A DNA stretch of 64,000 nucleotides from the IMG/VR virus record IMGVR_UViG_3300020122_000089, positions 40,059 through 104,058 of that record; one strand, written 5' to 3'. A program made the position numbers and the translations under genes. Below, in pieces: positions 42,284 through 53,441 of this stretch. Within the stretch, counting starts at the first letter, position 1. Each line of letters opens with the position of its first letter. The DNA comes from a virus. The notes beneath the pieces are model-generated. The model worked only from the letters and a program-made list of their open reading frames with translations. It was not told the origin of the DNA and made no database searches.

Positions 42284-44773
42284 TTACTTCGCGGGAACAA
42301 TCGACATTGGCTTAGGCTGTGTCAGTGTCTGAATATCGCGGTGAAACTGCTCCGTTTCGGCCTGTTGCATCTTTATGGTCTTTAGTTCTCTTAGTTCTTG
42401 GACCTCACGGCGGAGCTGTTCAATCTCCATTTGCTGATCTTGAATCGCACGGATCAACAGCGCTGGCATTTTGATATAATCAACGCTGTGCAGTTCGCCT
42501 CTTCGGTCTCGGATCGCAAGCCGCTCGTCAACCCGTGCCACTTCTTCTGCGATCAATCCAACCTGTCTTGACCCGCCTGTTTTGTAGTTGAACGCGACGG
42601 GCCGCAGTCTCATCACTTCATCAAGACCGTTTGTTAAAGGCTCGATGTGATCTTTGAATTTTAAGGCCGAGACGATACATGCTGCGTTGTCGTTGACTAG
42701 CTCGCCATTCGAGGCGACGCACATATAGGTAGTTCCTGAGCCAGAAGTAGAAAGGCCATCCATCCATACTCTCTTACGGATCGCTGCCCCACCTGCAACT
42801 TGTAGGGCTCCGGTTGTTGTGGACGTGGAGTCAGTTGTACTAGTTACAATAATGTTATTAAGTTTTAGATCGCCAGCAAAGCTACCTTGGGAACCTGTGC
42901 CGATTCCAACCAGGCCCGCAGAGATTCGCCCGATTCCAGTATCTTGACCTCCAGCAGCCTCCCAACTATTAGTATTCGCCCACACAAGTGACATATTTTG
43001 TGCAAGTCCAAACCGATTTCCTCCTGTATATATTTCAAAGACTGACCCCGTTCCCTCTACATAAAAGTCAAATACAGTTCCCGTCCGACGATACCAGCCC
43101 TGAGTCTCTCCGGCGAACTTGAATCCTTCTACTGCCCCATTAGCTATAACAAGCTGTCCGGCGATAGAAAGGTTTCCACTTGAATCTAGTGTGGTAGTAG
43201 CAGATGGGGTTTGTAGAGTTGTTGTGCCGCCGCCTGTCACAAGAGCAGTCGAAGTTAAACTACCCGCGCCAACAACCGTAACTGTTCCGCTTCCACCTCC
43301 CGCTGCTGCCCACTTCACCCCATTTGTACTTGCTGCATCTGCGGTCAACACTTGACCATCACTACCCACCGCAAGTTTATTCAGGCTTGCTCCACCCGGA
43401 GCGGTCAGCAAGTCACCTTTCGTATAGGCGGTCTGACCTGTCCCGCCGACCGCCACTGTAACTGTATTCAACGCCGCTGCAAGAATCTTTCCCGCTGCAT
43501 CGGTGTGGGTAGTAGGGCCAGAGCCGACTTTCAATACTCCCGCAACAAGTAGATTAGTTGCTCCGGCATCAGATGTAGAGCCTATACTCACGCCACCGCT
43601 ATCGTTTATCCTCGCCGCTTCCGTCCCTCCATTGTTCCCGACCGTGAATTTGATGAGGTCGGTTGTGCCAACACCGGAGGTCGAGCGAATCTCAGCCGAA
43701 GCCCCAACTGCTGTGCCGCCTATGACCGATGGGGTGGTGACAGAACTTGGGGTAATCGCTCCAAGGGTGACGGTCAGGGATGGGGTTGCGCCTCCGCTTG
43801 AAATGCCACTGACTCCATTTGCTGTAGTGATTCCGATAGTCTTAACAAACGTGCTTGAAAGTGAGCCGTCAGCAATTCCACTTACAGTCAACACCCCCGC
43901 ACTTGACAGCGAGAACGTCGCACCTGATCCGCTCAAGCCCACTGGCGCGTAGGCTGTTCCTCCGGCATTACCAGCAAGGATTTGGCCGGCCGATGGCGCG
44001 GTGTTGGGAACGATGCTGGCTTTCGTTTGAGCGTCGTTAGTGACTGCGCTCAACCCGACATCGGTCTTCGAGGGTGTCGAGTAAACGAACACGCCCGCTC
44101 CATCGTTGTGCAACCAACCAGCGCCGTTCGCCAGTGCTGCGATAGTCGTGAGGTTTGTGTTAAGTGGCTGTGCATCTGTGATTCCATACCCACTCAGTGT
44201 CGTTGGCTTGCTCGCGATATTTGCGAAGATGTAACCGGTGCCCGCTGCAAGGTTGCCCGATGCAATCGTGCCGAGGATTGGCGCTGTGAACGTCTGTTGT
44301 CCACCCCATGAATGCGCCGTCGAAAACACATCCGCGTTGAGCATTGCAGAGGTAACTTTAGTCGCGCCTATGGCGGTGGTTTTTCCGCCTGACGTACTAA
44401 CATCGCCGGTTAAATCGCCTACGGCGGTTGCTTGACTGCCGGCGCCGAAAACAAGCTGGTTTAACGTAAGGGACGCCGCGGAGGTGACGCAGGTAGCGCA
44501 GGCAATGGTTCCTGTAGTTGTAATTACACCGCCGGTTATTGGAGAGGTGGTTGAAATGCTGGTTACAGTTCCCGACCCACCGCCACCTGCCACGGTGACC
44601 ACACCACCTGTAATGGTGAGTGATCCGTCTGCGAATACAAGATTGGTGGCGTTTGTTCTTCCAACCCCTGTAGTTGCTTCGCGTATTGTCAGCGGTGGAT
44701 GGCTTTGCGCCTTTACCGTCCTACTACAAGCTATTGTAAGCATGAAGGCGAGAATGAAAAGGATTTTTTTCAT
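42284..44773 (-). CDS. tail fibre/spike-like protein with C-terminal intramolecular chaperone (peptidase S74-type) and N-terminal signal peptide
   Basis: Gly/Thr-rich fibre repeats (SGTVTS, KPTTLSGYGITDA); C-terminal SALKFKDHI...LRPVAFNYK...GLIAEEV...VDY...LIRAIQ. Confidence 0.8.
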   Translation of the reverse strand: MKKILFILAFMLTIACSRTVKAQSHPPLTIREATTGVGRTNATNLVFADGSLTITGGVVTVAGGGGSGTVTSISTTSPITGGVITTTGTIACATCVTSAASLTLNQLVFGAGSQATAVGDLTGDVSTSGGKTTAIGATKVTSAMLNADVFSTAHSWGGQQTFTAPILGTIASGNLAAGTGYIFANIASKPTTLSGYGITDAQPLNTNLTTIAALANGAGWLHNDGAGVFVYSTPSKTDVGLSAVTNDAQTKASIVPNTAPSAGQILAGNAGGTAYAPVGLSGSGATFSLSSAGVLTVSGIADGSLSSTFVKTIGITTANGVSGISSGGATPSLTVTLGAITPSSVTTPSVIGGTAVGASAEIRSTSGVGTTDLIKFTVGNNGGTEAARINDSGGVSIGSTSDAGATNLLVAGVLKVGSGPTTHTDAAGKILAAALNTVTVAVGGTGQTAYTKGDLLTAPGGASLNKLAVGSDGQVLTADAASTNGVKWAAAGGGSGTVTVVGAGSLTSTALVTGGGTTTLQTPSATTTLDSSGNLSIAGQLVIANGAVEGFKFAGETQGWYRRTGTVFDFYVEGTGSVFEIYTGGNRFGLAQNMSLVWANTNSWEAAGGQDTGIGRISAGLVGIGTGSQGSFAGDLKLNNIIVTSTTDSTSTTTGALQVAGGAAIRKRVWMDGLSTSGSGTTYMCVASNGELVNDNAACIVSALKFKDHIEPLTNGLDEVMRLRPVAFNYKTGGSRQVGLIAEEVARVDERLAIRDRRGELHSVDYIKMPALLIRAIQDQQMEIEQLRREVQELRELKTIKMQQAETEQFHRDIQTLTQPKPMSIVPAK

Positions 44774-44800
44774 TTCTTTTTCTTCCGGAAGAAACTCAGG

Positions 44801-45286
44801 CTACTGGCCAAACATTCTCTTGATACGCACAGTCACCAATGGCGAGCCACCGCCACTAAATGTCGTGGTTACGCGAGCACGGATGTATCCTAACGGGCCG
44901 GGATATGTAAAGAATTGCTTTGAAGGGGCAGTGGCGAAACTCGTTCCTACGGTTTCTTTATCAAGCTGCGCCCAAGTACCAGAATATCCACTCACAGCAG
45001 AATGCTCTAAAACAACAACACCGGCAGTTGTGCCGGTTGAGATTTCATATTCTACTGCTACTTGAGTACCGCCACCTAATTGGACTTCAGTACCGGTTCC
45101 TATAGCGGCGCTGAGTTCGGTGATCCACTGTGAATCTACGTTAGCGGCAGGTGGGTTGGAAATAGAAATAGCCGGAGGGTTAGCGCTGCCGTAGCTGGGG
45201 CGCGTAATTGTAAAATCGCCTATACCCCATCCCGCAAGAAACGCTAGGATGCTAATAGTTATTACCCTTACTAATGTTTTCGCCAT
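44801..45286 (-). CDS. secreted beta-rich protein
   Basis: N-terminal hydrophobic segment; C-terminal YIRARVT. Confidence 0.55.
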   Translation of the reverse strand: MAKTLVRVITISILAFLAGWGIGDFTITRPSYGSANPPAISISNPPAANVDSQWITELSAAIGTGTEVQLGGGTQVAVEYEISTGTTAGVVVLEHSAVSGYSGTWAQLDKETVGTSFATAPSKQFFTYPGPLGYIRARVTTTFSGGGSPLVTVRIKRMFGQ

Positions 45287-45696
45287 TACTTATTCCCTCC
45301 TTGCGCCGCCTCTTGAGGCGTCTTTGCTCTGTAAGCACCTTTTGTCCAATCGAACACAAAATCCTTTGGCACGTTAGATAAGTATCTTGTATTTGTTTCA
45401 GTAGCAATCCAAGCATTTTGCTTTGCGGCGGCGTTTGTTTCAAATGTTCTTACAACACGCACGTCGCAATCTTCTTTGCCGGTAAATAAGCGTTTTGCTT
45501 CATTCAACGCTTCGCTTGAAGCTATTGCATCAGAGTAAATCTGACGCATTTGCTGAAGCGTGTTTGGGTCTACCGAGATGTCGCTAGTTGGTGGTTTTGC
45601 TTTGTCGTCGGCGTGTATTGCATCGTACATGCATAAACAACAGAATAGTATCATTACTCCAATTATCATGCTTAGTGCGCTTTGTGTTATTTTCAT
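45286..45696 (-). CDS. secreted hypothetical protein
   Basis: N-terminal hydrophobic segment; coupled to neighbours. Confidence 0.55.
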   Translation of the reverse strand: MKITQSALSMIIGVMILFCCLCMYDAIHADDKAKPPTSDISVDPNTLQQMRQIYSDAIASSEALNEAKRLFTGKEDCDVRVVRTFETNAAAKQNAWIATETNTRYLSNVPKDFVFDWTKGAYRAKTPQEAAQGGNK

Positions 45697-46163
45697 ACCC
45701 TCACCTGTCCTAATCCTAACCTTTCTCTTACGCCGCGGTGGGCGGCCGGATCACGGGTGTCGTTGCTTACATTGTTCGCTGGGATTGCCACGTTGAGATT
45801 TGATATCAAAGCGAACCCCTGCCCTGATTCGCATTTGACACGTATTTCATCTTGAGGAATTGAATTTGTAACAATAATCTCGGATACGCGGTCTAGTGGG
45901 TTGACTATAAAGCTATTTTTTGTGTCTAGCTGCTCTCTTGTGAACTTCATTAGTTGACATCTCAGTATCGCGTCTCTGTGTGGTGTTAAAATCAGCACCA
46001 GCCTTTCATCGCCTACTATCGCTTGCATTTCGTTGATTACGCGATGAAGAAGGTATAGTGTAATTTCAGCGAAGCAAGCATCCATCTTATAAAGGGTAAG
46101 AATCTCTGCGGCCGACCCAATAGGATATTCCAGTCTGTCGTACTGTTGTTTTGTTGCTGACAT
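45693..46163 (-). CDS. hypothetical protein
   Basis: 156-aa ORF. Confidence 0.5.
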   Translation of the reverse strand: MSATKQQYDRLEYPIGSAAEILTLYKMDACFAEITLYLLHRVINEMQAIVGDERLVLILTPHRDAILRCQLMKFTREQLDTKNSFIVNPLDRVSEIIVTNSIPQDEIRVKCESGQGFALISNLNVAIPANNVSNDTRDPAAHRGVRERLGLGQVRV

Positions 46164-46184
46164 ATTCTTCCGGAAGAATTAAAA

Positions 46185-48941
46185 TTACATTGCGGCCCGT
46201 TGAGGAATCCCCGGTAAAGGTGGTACCTGAGGATATCCAGAAGCCAATGCGTTGTGCATACCCGCTTGCGACTGGCCTGGATGTTCGAGTGTTGGAGGTT
46301 TTAACGCCGCGTCAATTGCGCCTTTAGTGATTGTCTCGGCTAATCGGTGTTTGTGTTGCTGCGCTTCTCTATCTTTGTCTAACAGGTGCTCAAATGCGCT
46401 GTCTCGCATTGTATTGTCTACAGGAGGTGGCTGTATGTTCACGGCCGGAGCGGGTGTAGCCATTGCTTTTGCATGATCGGCGAGACCTTTAGCGCCAATC
46501 TCGTTTAAGCGTCCTTCCTGTCTGGTTTTTTCAAGGGCTATATCGCCTTGAGTCTTACTACTAGCCTTCACACCCTCCATCGCTTGAGCTAGTTGTATCT
46601 GATGCTGTTCGTCTTGTTGCTGCTGCTGTTGTACGATTTGACGATATTGCATCCACTGACTTCTAATTGCCGAGACGGCGATTGGGTCGGCCGCTTTAGA
46701 TTCATCCCCTCGCAGCCACGCTTTCATCTCGGTTTCATAAGATTGTGCGTCGTCGAGGTCTGAATCTACAGGGTGCATGCTTGATAGGATCTGCCCTGCG
46801 AGTTGTGCAATGTTGTTTTCGTCTGTTATCCCCATCGTAGACCGTTGTAGATGCCATTCTGCTATCTGTTTTGCTTCACCTACCGAGGTACATAATTGCT
46901 CTATGCGGATTTTAGCATTGCGACTTTCAATACTAAAATCACCCATTGGCATATCCCCTAGCCCATAAAGGGTGGCAATAAATTGTTTCGCTTCTGGCGG
47001 TGTCTGCGGATTTACAAATAACTGCCCAAACACAGACCACATATTCTGTAATGCAGCTTGCTTTTCTTCGCGAGGATGCGGTATCCAACTCCCAGGGCGT
47101 GGGTAGACATGAAAATCGCCCTCCATGTCGGCGCCGTTTAGAGATACCCATTCGGCGGTGCCGGTGTCGCCCCTGAGCGGCACCGGAACGTCCTCGGTAA
47201 CATTCTCGCGAAACATTTCTATCCACTGCTCTACCGCACGAGCCTGTCCAAAAGCGAGTGGCATGAGTTTTGGCCCTTGCAAGCCCATCGCTTTAGCATT
47301 CATTATCATCATGCCACGGGCGGTGTCAGTGCCACCCATTTCCATCGCGTTTGGATCGCCCGTTGTATTTGGGCTTACTACTTGGGCCATTACTTGCATT
47401 TCGCCCGACATCGTGTTTGGGTATGCTGCAAGGCCCGGGTCGGACGGGGGATATTGCCCTTGATAAATTAGCTCTTGAACAGGAGGTGCGCCAAATGGAA
47501 GTTCTGTTATACCTGCTGGGCTTCCATCGTAATCAGCGGCAGATAGTGGGGCTTTTATAATAGTTGGCATTCCGCCAGCGCGCGCCATATAATAAAGATA
47601 TTGAAGACTGCGAGCTTTTATCATCTCCATTTGTGGCTCGCACATGTCTGATAGCGTGGTCCTTCCGTCTGTTTTGTGCGGAACATAAACGTAAGGAACG
47701 TAAACCCAATGCCTCCGGAAGTCTTCTTCGTAATGATCTACCCAATCCGACCCTAGTCGAGTCATGCGAAGGCCTTTTGGGAATACCTCACCAAGCCTAG
47801 TATAGGCAGGGACCGTGGTTTCTTCTTGCCCTACAAATACTATATCTTGATTAAATTCTATGTGCGAGTATTTTGAAGGGCGGAACCACCAGTCTTCTGC
47901 TACTGTACGATCACCTGTAGCATCCGCCGAGCCTGCCGCCACTAAACTGGCTGGCGTCATTCCGGTAGGGCGTCGGGCTAATTCTTCCGATCTTATTCCG
48001 GCATCGTCCATGCCGGCGCCTTTTTTAGAAGAGCCAGGCTCCCACCAGGGCATTATTTCAGCCGCCGCATCACTGTCCACTAACCTCTTCCAACGAAGCC
48101 ATTCACCACTCATGTAATGAGCGGCGGTGCGGTCGCCTTTCATTTGTAGCGGGCTTACGCATCTAAGGGAGGGAAATCCTGCGTCCTGTTTTTCATATCC
48201 AATTATTTCTTGAATAGAAGTTTCTGGGCCATGAAAGAATTGCTGACGTTGACTTCCGCAGTCGGGGCATTTCCTGCCGTAGCCGGTATCTATTAACCTA
48301 GCAAGAGGGCCCATGCCGCCACACTCGCACATAAAAGAGGTCTGAGCGGACGTTTGTTTCCACGATTCTTCGTAGATTGGGTGTTCAATCCAAAGCCTAC
48401 CGGCATCGTAAGACCATTGTGAGTACCACCAAACACCACTGTAAAGCTGACGTGTTTTTTCTGACTCGAGGCGAAATTCCTCCGTCAGCAGTTCTTGTTC
48501 ATTGTAATCGGCTAGTCTTTGTGCTGCCGACGCAGATTCAGCGGTTTTAGAATCTCTTCCTGCGGGGTCTATGATAATGTCGGGGGTTGCTTCTAATGCT
48601 GCTGCTACTGATAGGTCGGTGAAGTAGGCGTACCAATTGTGAGGGTAAAATGGGTCTTCTGATGAATGCGGTAAATCTCTGACAGAATCATCGTACTCAG
48701 AGAACCGCCAAAAGTATTCGCCTTCGTAATACTTTTGGTTCCTAACACCCTCTCTATATTTAATTCTGTCAAAGCTCTTTTCAGTGTCTTCTAGTTTTGA
48801 AGCTAGAGAATCAAAATACTTGTCCCAATCGTCTTCTATCACCCTAGGATCGCGGCGCTGCGCACGTTCGCGGGATTGAGGCGTAGCGCCACTTCCTGGC
48901 GGGCGATTCGGGCGGGAAATGTCTAAGACGGAGGTTGACAT
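46185..48941 (-). CDS. portal protein (large, with zinc-ribbon insertion and Gln-rich barrel/tail)
   Basis: 918 aa between TerL and scaffold; KYYEGE..W, 'DMCEPQ.E', 'TARG' and Q-rich C-terminal coil typical of P22/T7-like portals; CECG..CPDC insertion. Confidence 0.75.
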   Translation of the reverse strand: MSTSVLDISRPNRPPGSGATPQSRERAQRRDPRVIEDDWDKYFDSLASKLEDTEKSFDRIKYREGVRNQKYYEGEYFWRFSEYDDSVRDLPHSSEDPFYPHNWYAYFTDLSVAAALEATPDIIIDPAGRDSKTAESASAAQRLADYNEQELLTEEFRLESEKTRQLYSGVWWYSQWSYDAGRLWIEHPIYEESWKQTSAQTSFMCECGGMGPLARLIDTGYGRKCPDCGSQRQQFFHGPETSIQEIIGYEKQDAGFPSLRCVSPLQMKGDRTAAHYMSGEWLRWKRLVDSDAAAEIMPWWEPGSSKKGAGMDDAGIRSEELARRPTGMTPASLVAAGSADATGDRTVAEDWWFRPSKYSHIEFNQDIVFVGQEETTVPAYTRLGEVFPKGLRMTRLGSDWVDHYEEDFRRHWVYVPYVYVPHKTDGRTTLSDMCEPQMEMIKARSLQYLYYMARAGGMPTIIKAPLSAADYDGSPAGITELPFGAPPVQELIYQGQYPPSDPGLAAYPNTMSGEMQVMAQVVSPNTTGDPNAMEMGGTDTARGMMIMNAKAMGLQGPKLMPLAFGQARAVEQWIEMFRENVTEDVPVPLRGDTGTAEWVSLNGADMEGDFHVYPRPGSWIPHPREEKQAALQNMWSVFGQLFVNPQTPPEAKQFIATLYGLGDMPMGDFSIESRNAKIRIEQLCTSVGEAKQIAEWHLQRSTMGITDENNIAQLAGQILSSMHPVDSDLDDAQSYETEMKAWLRGDESKAADPIAVSAIRSQWMQYRQIVQQQQQQDEQHQIQLAQAMEGVKASSKTQGDIALEKTRQEGRLNEIGAKGLADHAKAMATPAPAVNIQPPPVDNTMRDSAFEHLLDKDREAQQHKHRLAETITKGAIDAALKPPTLEHPGQSQAGMHNALASGYPQVPPLPGIPQRAAM

Positions 48942-49149
48942 TTTATAGATGTGGTGCTTCCGGAAGAAATCTAAACGGAGTGTCTATCGGCCTGGTCATC
49001 GGGTAGATTTTCATTTCAATAGCGCACTCCGCCGGTGCTTCATCTTGCGTTAGTCCGCACCAATAACAACGCTGGCCTATCTTGCATACCGTCGCTTCTG
49101 GCGTGACAATATGTTCAACGCAATCTGTAAACCAACAGTGTTGCATCGA

Positions 49150-50719
49150 TTACAATTCAATGCGCTGCAATAGATCGCGCTGCATTTGAACCAATTGGCC
49201 TAGCATGTTCGATTTATCGTTGAGCGTGTCGGCAATAGCGACTAGCACCTCCGCAGGTCTGGCTTTTTCGTTTGAAAGTGTCGGCGTTGGAGGTCTGGTA
49301 ACGGCGGTCAACCGCCCTTCTATTTGATGCTGGAGGTTTAATGCCTCTTCTACAAGAGCGCAAACACGGTCAAGGTGAACACTCGCCTGTCCGCGGTCTC
49401 TTTCTTGTGCGTGCCCTGCCGTTGTGTTCGCGTATTTTGCGTCTTCGTACATCTGTCATTCTCCTTTTGGTATTGAATTATCCCAACCATCCTCAATAGC
49501 CGCTTCTCGTATCACTGAAAATGCTACGTTACGACAAAGTGCATCGAGGTCAATAAAGTCGTAGTCTGGTTTTGGCGTATCGTATCGAGAAACAAATACC
49601 ATTGTATGATTGCCAATCTTTGGGCAGTTCCAGTCCATTATAACCGAGATACCTTCAATCGCAGCGCGTAACTGATTACGTAATACCCGTCCGTCGGTTT
49701 GTAACATTTCATTCGCATCGAATGAAGGTCTTAATTCGTCGCGTAATAGGATAATCGCTTCGCTTAGATTGTCTGGTACGGTGTATGGGCTTTGTCTGAT
49801 AGCACAAGCGGCAAAATACCCTAACACCATTTTCAATGTAACCCAGGCCGGCCTTTCTGTCTCGGCGAGGGCTCGGTTAGTTAGTTCGGCGTATTGATCT
49901 TCTTTGTATGCAACGGACATGGCGTTTTTCTTTCCTCAATCTTTTTTCTCTATTTACACGGATCCGTCCAATGCCAGGATCGGTGCGCGGCGTGCCTGTT
50001 AGGGACGCTAGATCGTCAAGCATGGCGTCTAATTGCAGTATACGTCCTTCGATAGCGTCTTGCCTAGACACCTGTACGGCCAGCTCCTCTTCGGCGGCGG
50101 TCAATGCGTCTTCGTATACCTTACTCACTCACATAACCTCAACGCCCATTCCTATATCCAAACTCCGCTCAAGTTCAGCGTCTTTTGCTAATAGGGCGTT
50201 AAATCTCTTGAGAACTTCTTTGTCTTTTTGCCTTGGGGAAGCGGCTAGGTCGTCAATACGTTCGAGGACGTCTTTATCGCCTCGCTGCATTGCTTCAAGT
50301 AGCCTGTCGGCTTCGGTGTCGAGTTCTATTGAACGGGCGCTGACGATGCGGTTCACCTGAGTCGCGCTACCTGGTGCCGATCTTTGAGTTGTAGGGACTG
50401 GCGTCCCCGACGCAGGAAGCATCCCTTGCCTTAGTAGTACAGAATCAGAAAGCGATCCGTATCTGTCACGCCACCAATTCAACTCTTCGTTTTGCCTCTG
50501 TAAGAGTTGATCCTTTTCCGCGATCCTTGTCTCTAAATCACGGGTGTTGCCAACAAGTAATCCTAAAAGGCGAGAGGTTGATTGACGTGCGACCCAAGCG
50601 GCAAATATGTGCAGTGGTGACTTGGTGCGCGTTTCTTGCCTCTCGCCTTCTTGTGGCCGCTGAAGCTCTGGACCCGTGATTGCGCCCTCAGCGGATTCTT
50701 TGCTGTTGGTTTCTTCCAT
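49150..50719 (-). CDS. run of four small hypothetical genes (49150-49452, 49456-49920, 49877-50128, 50129-50719)
   Basis: Tightly packed ORFs on the late strand. Confidence 0.55.
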
Positions 50720-50757
50720 TTCGATTCTTCCGGAAGAATAACCTTCCTGTTGGCCGT

Positions 50758-51099
50758 CTACGCTGTCTGCGTATTCATTTCAGTGGCGGTAAGGGCAGCG
50801 CCAGTGCCAGCGCCAGTATCGAAGGTTAATAGGAACGTTCTTAGCCCTGACACGCTTCCGGCGGCTGCTACACCTGCGTCAGTGATAGCGCCAATCGCTT
50901 GCAAGCGGTCAATGCGCTTCTGATACATTTCATAGAAGCGACGGGATGTTTCGTAACCGCTGAAAGTAATAGCGCGCAGACCGGCAACGGTTGTAAGCGC
51001 TGCAACTACGGCGTCAGTCAATGTACCAAGCGCGACCTGTAGGTTCACGGCATGCAAACCGTGCCGTAGAAATCCTTGCTGTACTTCATAAATTGCCAT
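50758..51099 (-). CDS. hypothetical, possibly virion protein
   Basis: Ala/Thr-rich, GGAGG Shine-Dalgarno. Confidence 0.55.
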   Translation of the reverse strand: MAIYEVQQGFLRHGLHAVNLQVALGTLTDAVVAALTTVAGLRAITFSGYETSRRFYEMYQKRIDRLQAIGAITDAGVAAAGSVSGLRTFLLTFDTGAGTGAALTATEMNTQTA

Positions 51100-51305
51100 G
51101 ATTGATTCCTCCTGCCACCTTTTCGGCGGCGGTTATTGAAGCTGCCGCCTGAACGGCATCTATGATTGCTTTACCTGCGAGTTCGCCGGCTAGAAGTTTA
51201 CTAATTATTAAAGCACCGGCTTCGTCGTAGGTGTTTACTGTCACCTGCTGCGGGTTTTGTTCGATTAAGATTTGATGGGTAAGCATGAATTATCTTCCGG
51301 AAGAA

Positions 51306-52196
51306 TTAACCCGCCAATTCTTCTTGCTGTTCGCGGATTTGTTGAGTACGCGCTGAGATATGCGCATATGACGGCGCCGGCTTTGCGTTGTCGTGTAATG
51401 CTTTTGCCGTCTTTTCACCCATGCACTGCCCGCATACAGCGTAAGGACTGCGACCCATTGGCCCGTGACATTTCGAGCATTCTTTTTGTTGTTCTTTTAC
51501 TCGCTCGCGGTAGGATTTTAGTTCGTCATGCTTTTGACGTCCTTGCTCGGCTTTCTGTTGAACTATTTTTTTAATTTGTTCAATGCGAGGCTTTGCGGCT
51601 TCAACTTCTGCATCGGCAAGGATGACCGATTCTTTGTTCTTAGTGTCAGGGAAATTCTTAGAACGGATAACCTCAATCTGCTTGTCGGCGTCTTTTAGCG
51701 ATTTGTCTATGCTGATTGAATCATCGGGCGGCGTTGCTTGTTTCAAGTCGGCGCGACGACAAAGGCCGCGATGCTTTTTCTTGCCACACTTGTTGCAAAT
51801 TCTTGGCTCATCATCACGTATTACGCTCGCGCGGCATTTTGAGTTCTTGCATCTATAGCGCCCGCCTTCTTCGATGCGCATTTCACTTTGACACTTAGGA
51901 CGTATCTTCGATGCAACGGATTCAGGATCGGCTTTCTCTAAGAATTTCTCGAACGTGTTGTGCGCTACCTGTATAGCGTTGAAGGGGTTTGATTGTTTCG
52001 ACTTCACGGTTGGCGTTTGCCGCGAAGCGTTGTTTTCTACGTCAACGGCAATCAAATGCTCTAGGGCTTCAATACCCCTCCGTAGCGCTTCATCTTCGGC
52101 GGAAAGCGAGCGTATTTCGGCTTCTACGTCAGCTAGAGTGGCGCGCATTTCATCAAGGGTATCTTGAAAGCGGTGTTTTTGCGCTGTGGCTTTCAT
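51306..52196 (-). CDS. hypothetical basic protein with zinc-finger motifs
   Basis: Coiled coil plus several CxxC motifs. Confidence 0.6.
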   Translation of the reverse strand: MKATAQKHRFQDTLDEMRATLADVEAEIRSLSAEDEALRRGIEALEHLIAVDVENNASRQTPTVKSKQSNPFNAIQVAHNTFEKFLEKADPESVASKIRPKCQSEMRIEEGGRYRCKNSKCRASVIRDDEPRICNKCGKKKHRGLCRRADLKQATPPDDSISIDKSLKDADKQIEVIRSKNFPDTKNKESVILADAEVEAAKPRIEQIKKIVQQKAEQGRQKHDELKSYRERVKEQQKECSKCHGPMGRSPYAVCGQCMGEKTAKALHDNAKPAPSYAHISARTQQIREQQEELAG

Positions 52197-53234
52197 GCTA
52201 AATCTTTACGCCCTACCAAAAGGAGCGGGCCTGCGCATATGCTCCCTAACCCGACGCCCTTGGTCAACAACCTTTTTTAGCTCTGGGCGTTCGTGTTCAG
52301 GTCTAGTTTTCAAGTATCTCGACGCAGCTTCGGTCATTGGTGAATGCGTGGCAGAGTAGCCACAAGAAGGACACTTGCCGCCTTCCATTTTAGCGCCACA
52401 TTCGGGGCAAGTACCGGTGTCGGTTGCCGCAGGCTGTGGAGGTCCGCCTTGCGCTGACACCTGATCCGACGGGCCACCTGGCGCGCCAGCCGCAGCGCCC
52501 TGGGCCAATTGTGCGGCGTCATTGTCAGAATCGCCAGGGGCAAATTTTGTTCAGCATGAAGGACAGACCACCATGGCATCATTGTCGCCATCATGGTCGG
52601 GGTCTGATACGCCAGCACCGCCCTGCGGCATTGCGGCTGCTATATTTGAAGCGTTTAACATTGACATTATTCCTCTCCTTGATCGGTATAAAACGGGATG
52701 CGAATACCGCGTGAATAGATTATCTCGCCGCTGCTTAATCGGTCATATATCTTTTGCTCGCGGCTAAACCTCTCTGAAGGTGTCTCCATATAGCGCATTG
52801 CGAATTTTGCTATATCCTCTAATGAATCACTTTCCGGTGCTGATAAAGAGCGCTGGTGTAATATATCGCGCTCTAATTCGGCTAAGTGCTCGCCGCACGG
52901 CTCGTATTCATTACATTCGCAGGGCATAAATTTCTTCCGGAAGATTCAAAATAGAGCATGTACAACTTTAAGGGGTGTCAAGGGGGATGGATTTGCATAG
53001 CCATCTTCGTATTTGAATACGTGGATGCGTTCACGGTTTTTAGAGTATGTCATTAAGTGCAATAACTGGCTATACTCTCGTCGTTTTGTAATCTCAGTCG
53101 CGGCGCGTGAGGCGGTGATAGCGGTGCAGTCTAACGCTTTGTAGCCTTCGTCCTTCCATCGTTGAATATGCTCTGGCAATTCTATAGCGGTTATGTTTTC
53201 TACTGTAAACATGCGCATTGTTTCTTCCGGAAGA

Positions 53235-53441
53235 TTACTTATGAAATCCGCCTAATGTCTTAGCAAGATTAGCCCGCTGTGCGGTCTTTTTGCCATATCT
53301 ACCAGCGCGAGCGGCGGCGAGCTTTGAGGTGGGAATTTTCTCGCCCTGCGGTACGCCTAAATCCCTGTGTAGTTGTCCGGGTTTTCGGATAGCTTTCCCG
53401 ATCCATCTCTTTGAGTAGTTCGAGCCGTTATACTTTGCCAT
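53235..53441 (-). CDS. small basic conserved phage protein
   Basis: WI..AI.KPG.LH..LGVP.GEKIP...RANLAKTL motif common near packaging genes. Confidence 0.75.
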   Translation of the reverse strand: MAKYNGSNYSKRWIGKAIRKPGQLHRDLGVPQGEKIPTSKLAAARAGRYGKKTAQRANLAKTLGGFHK

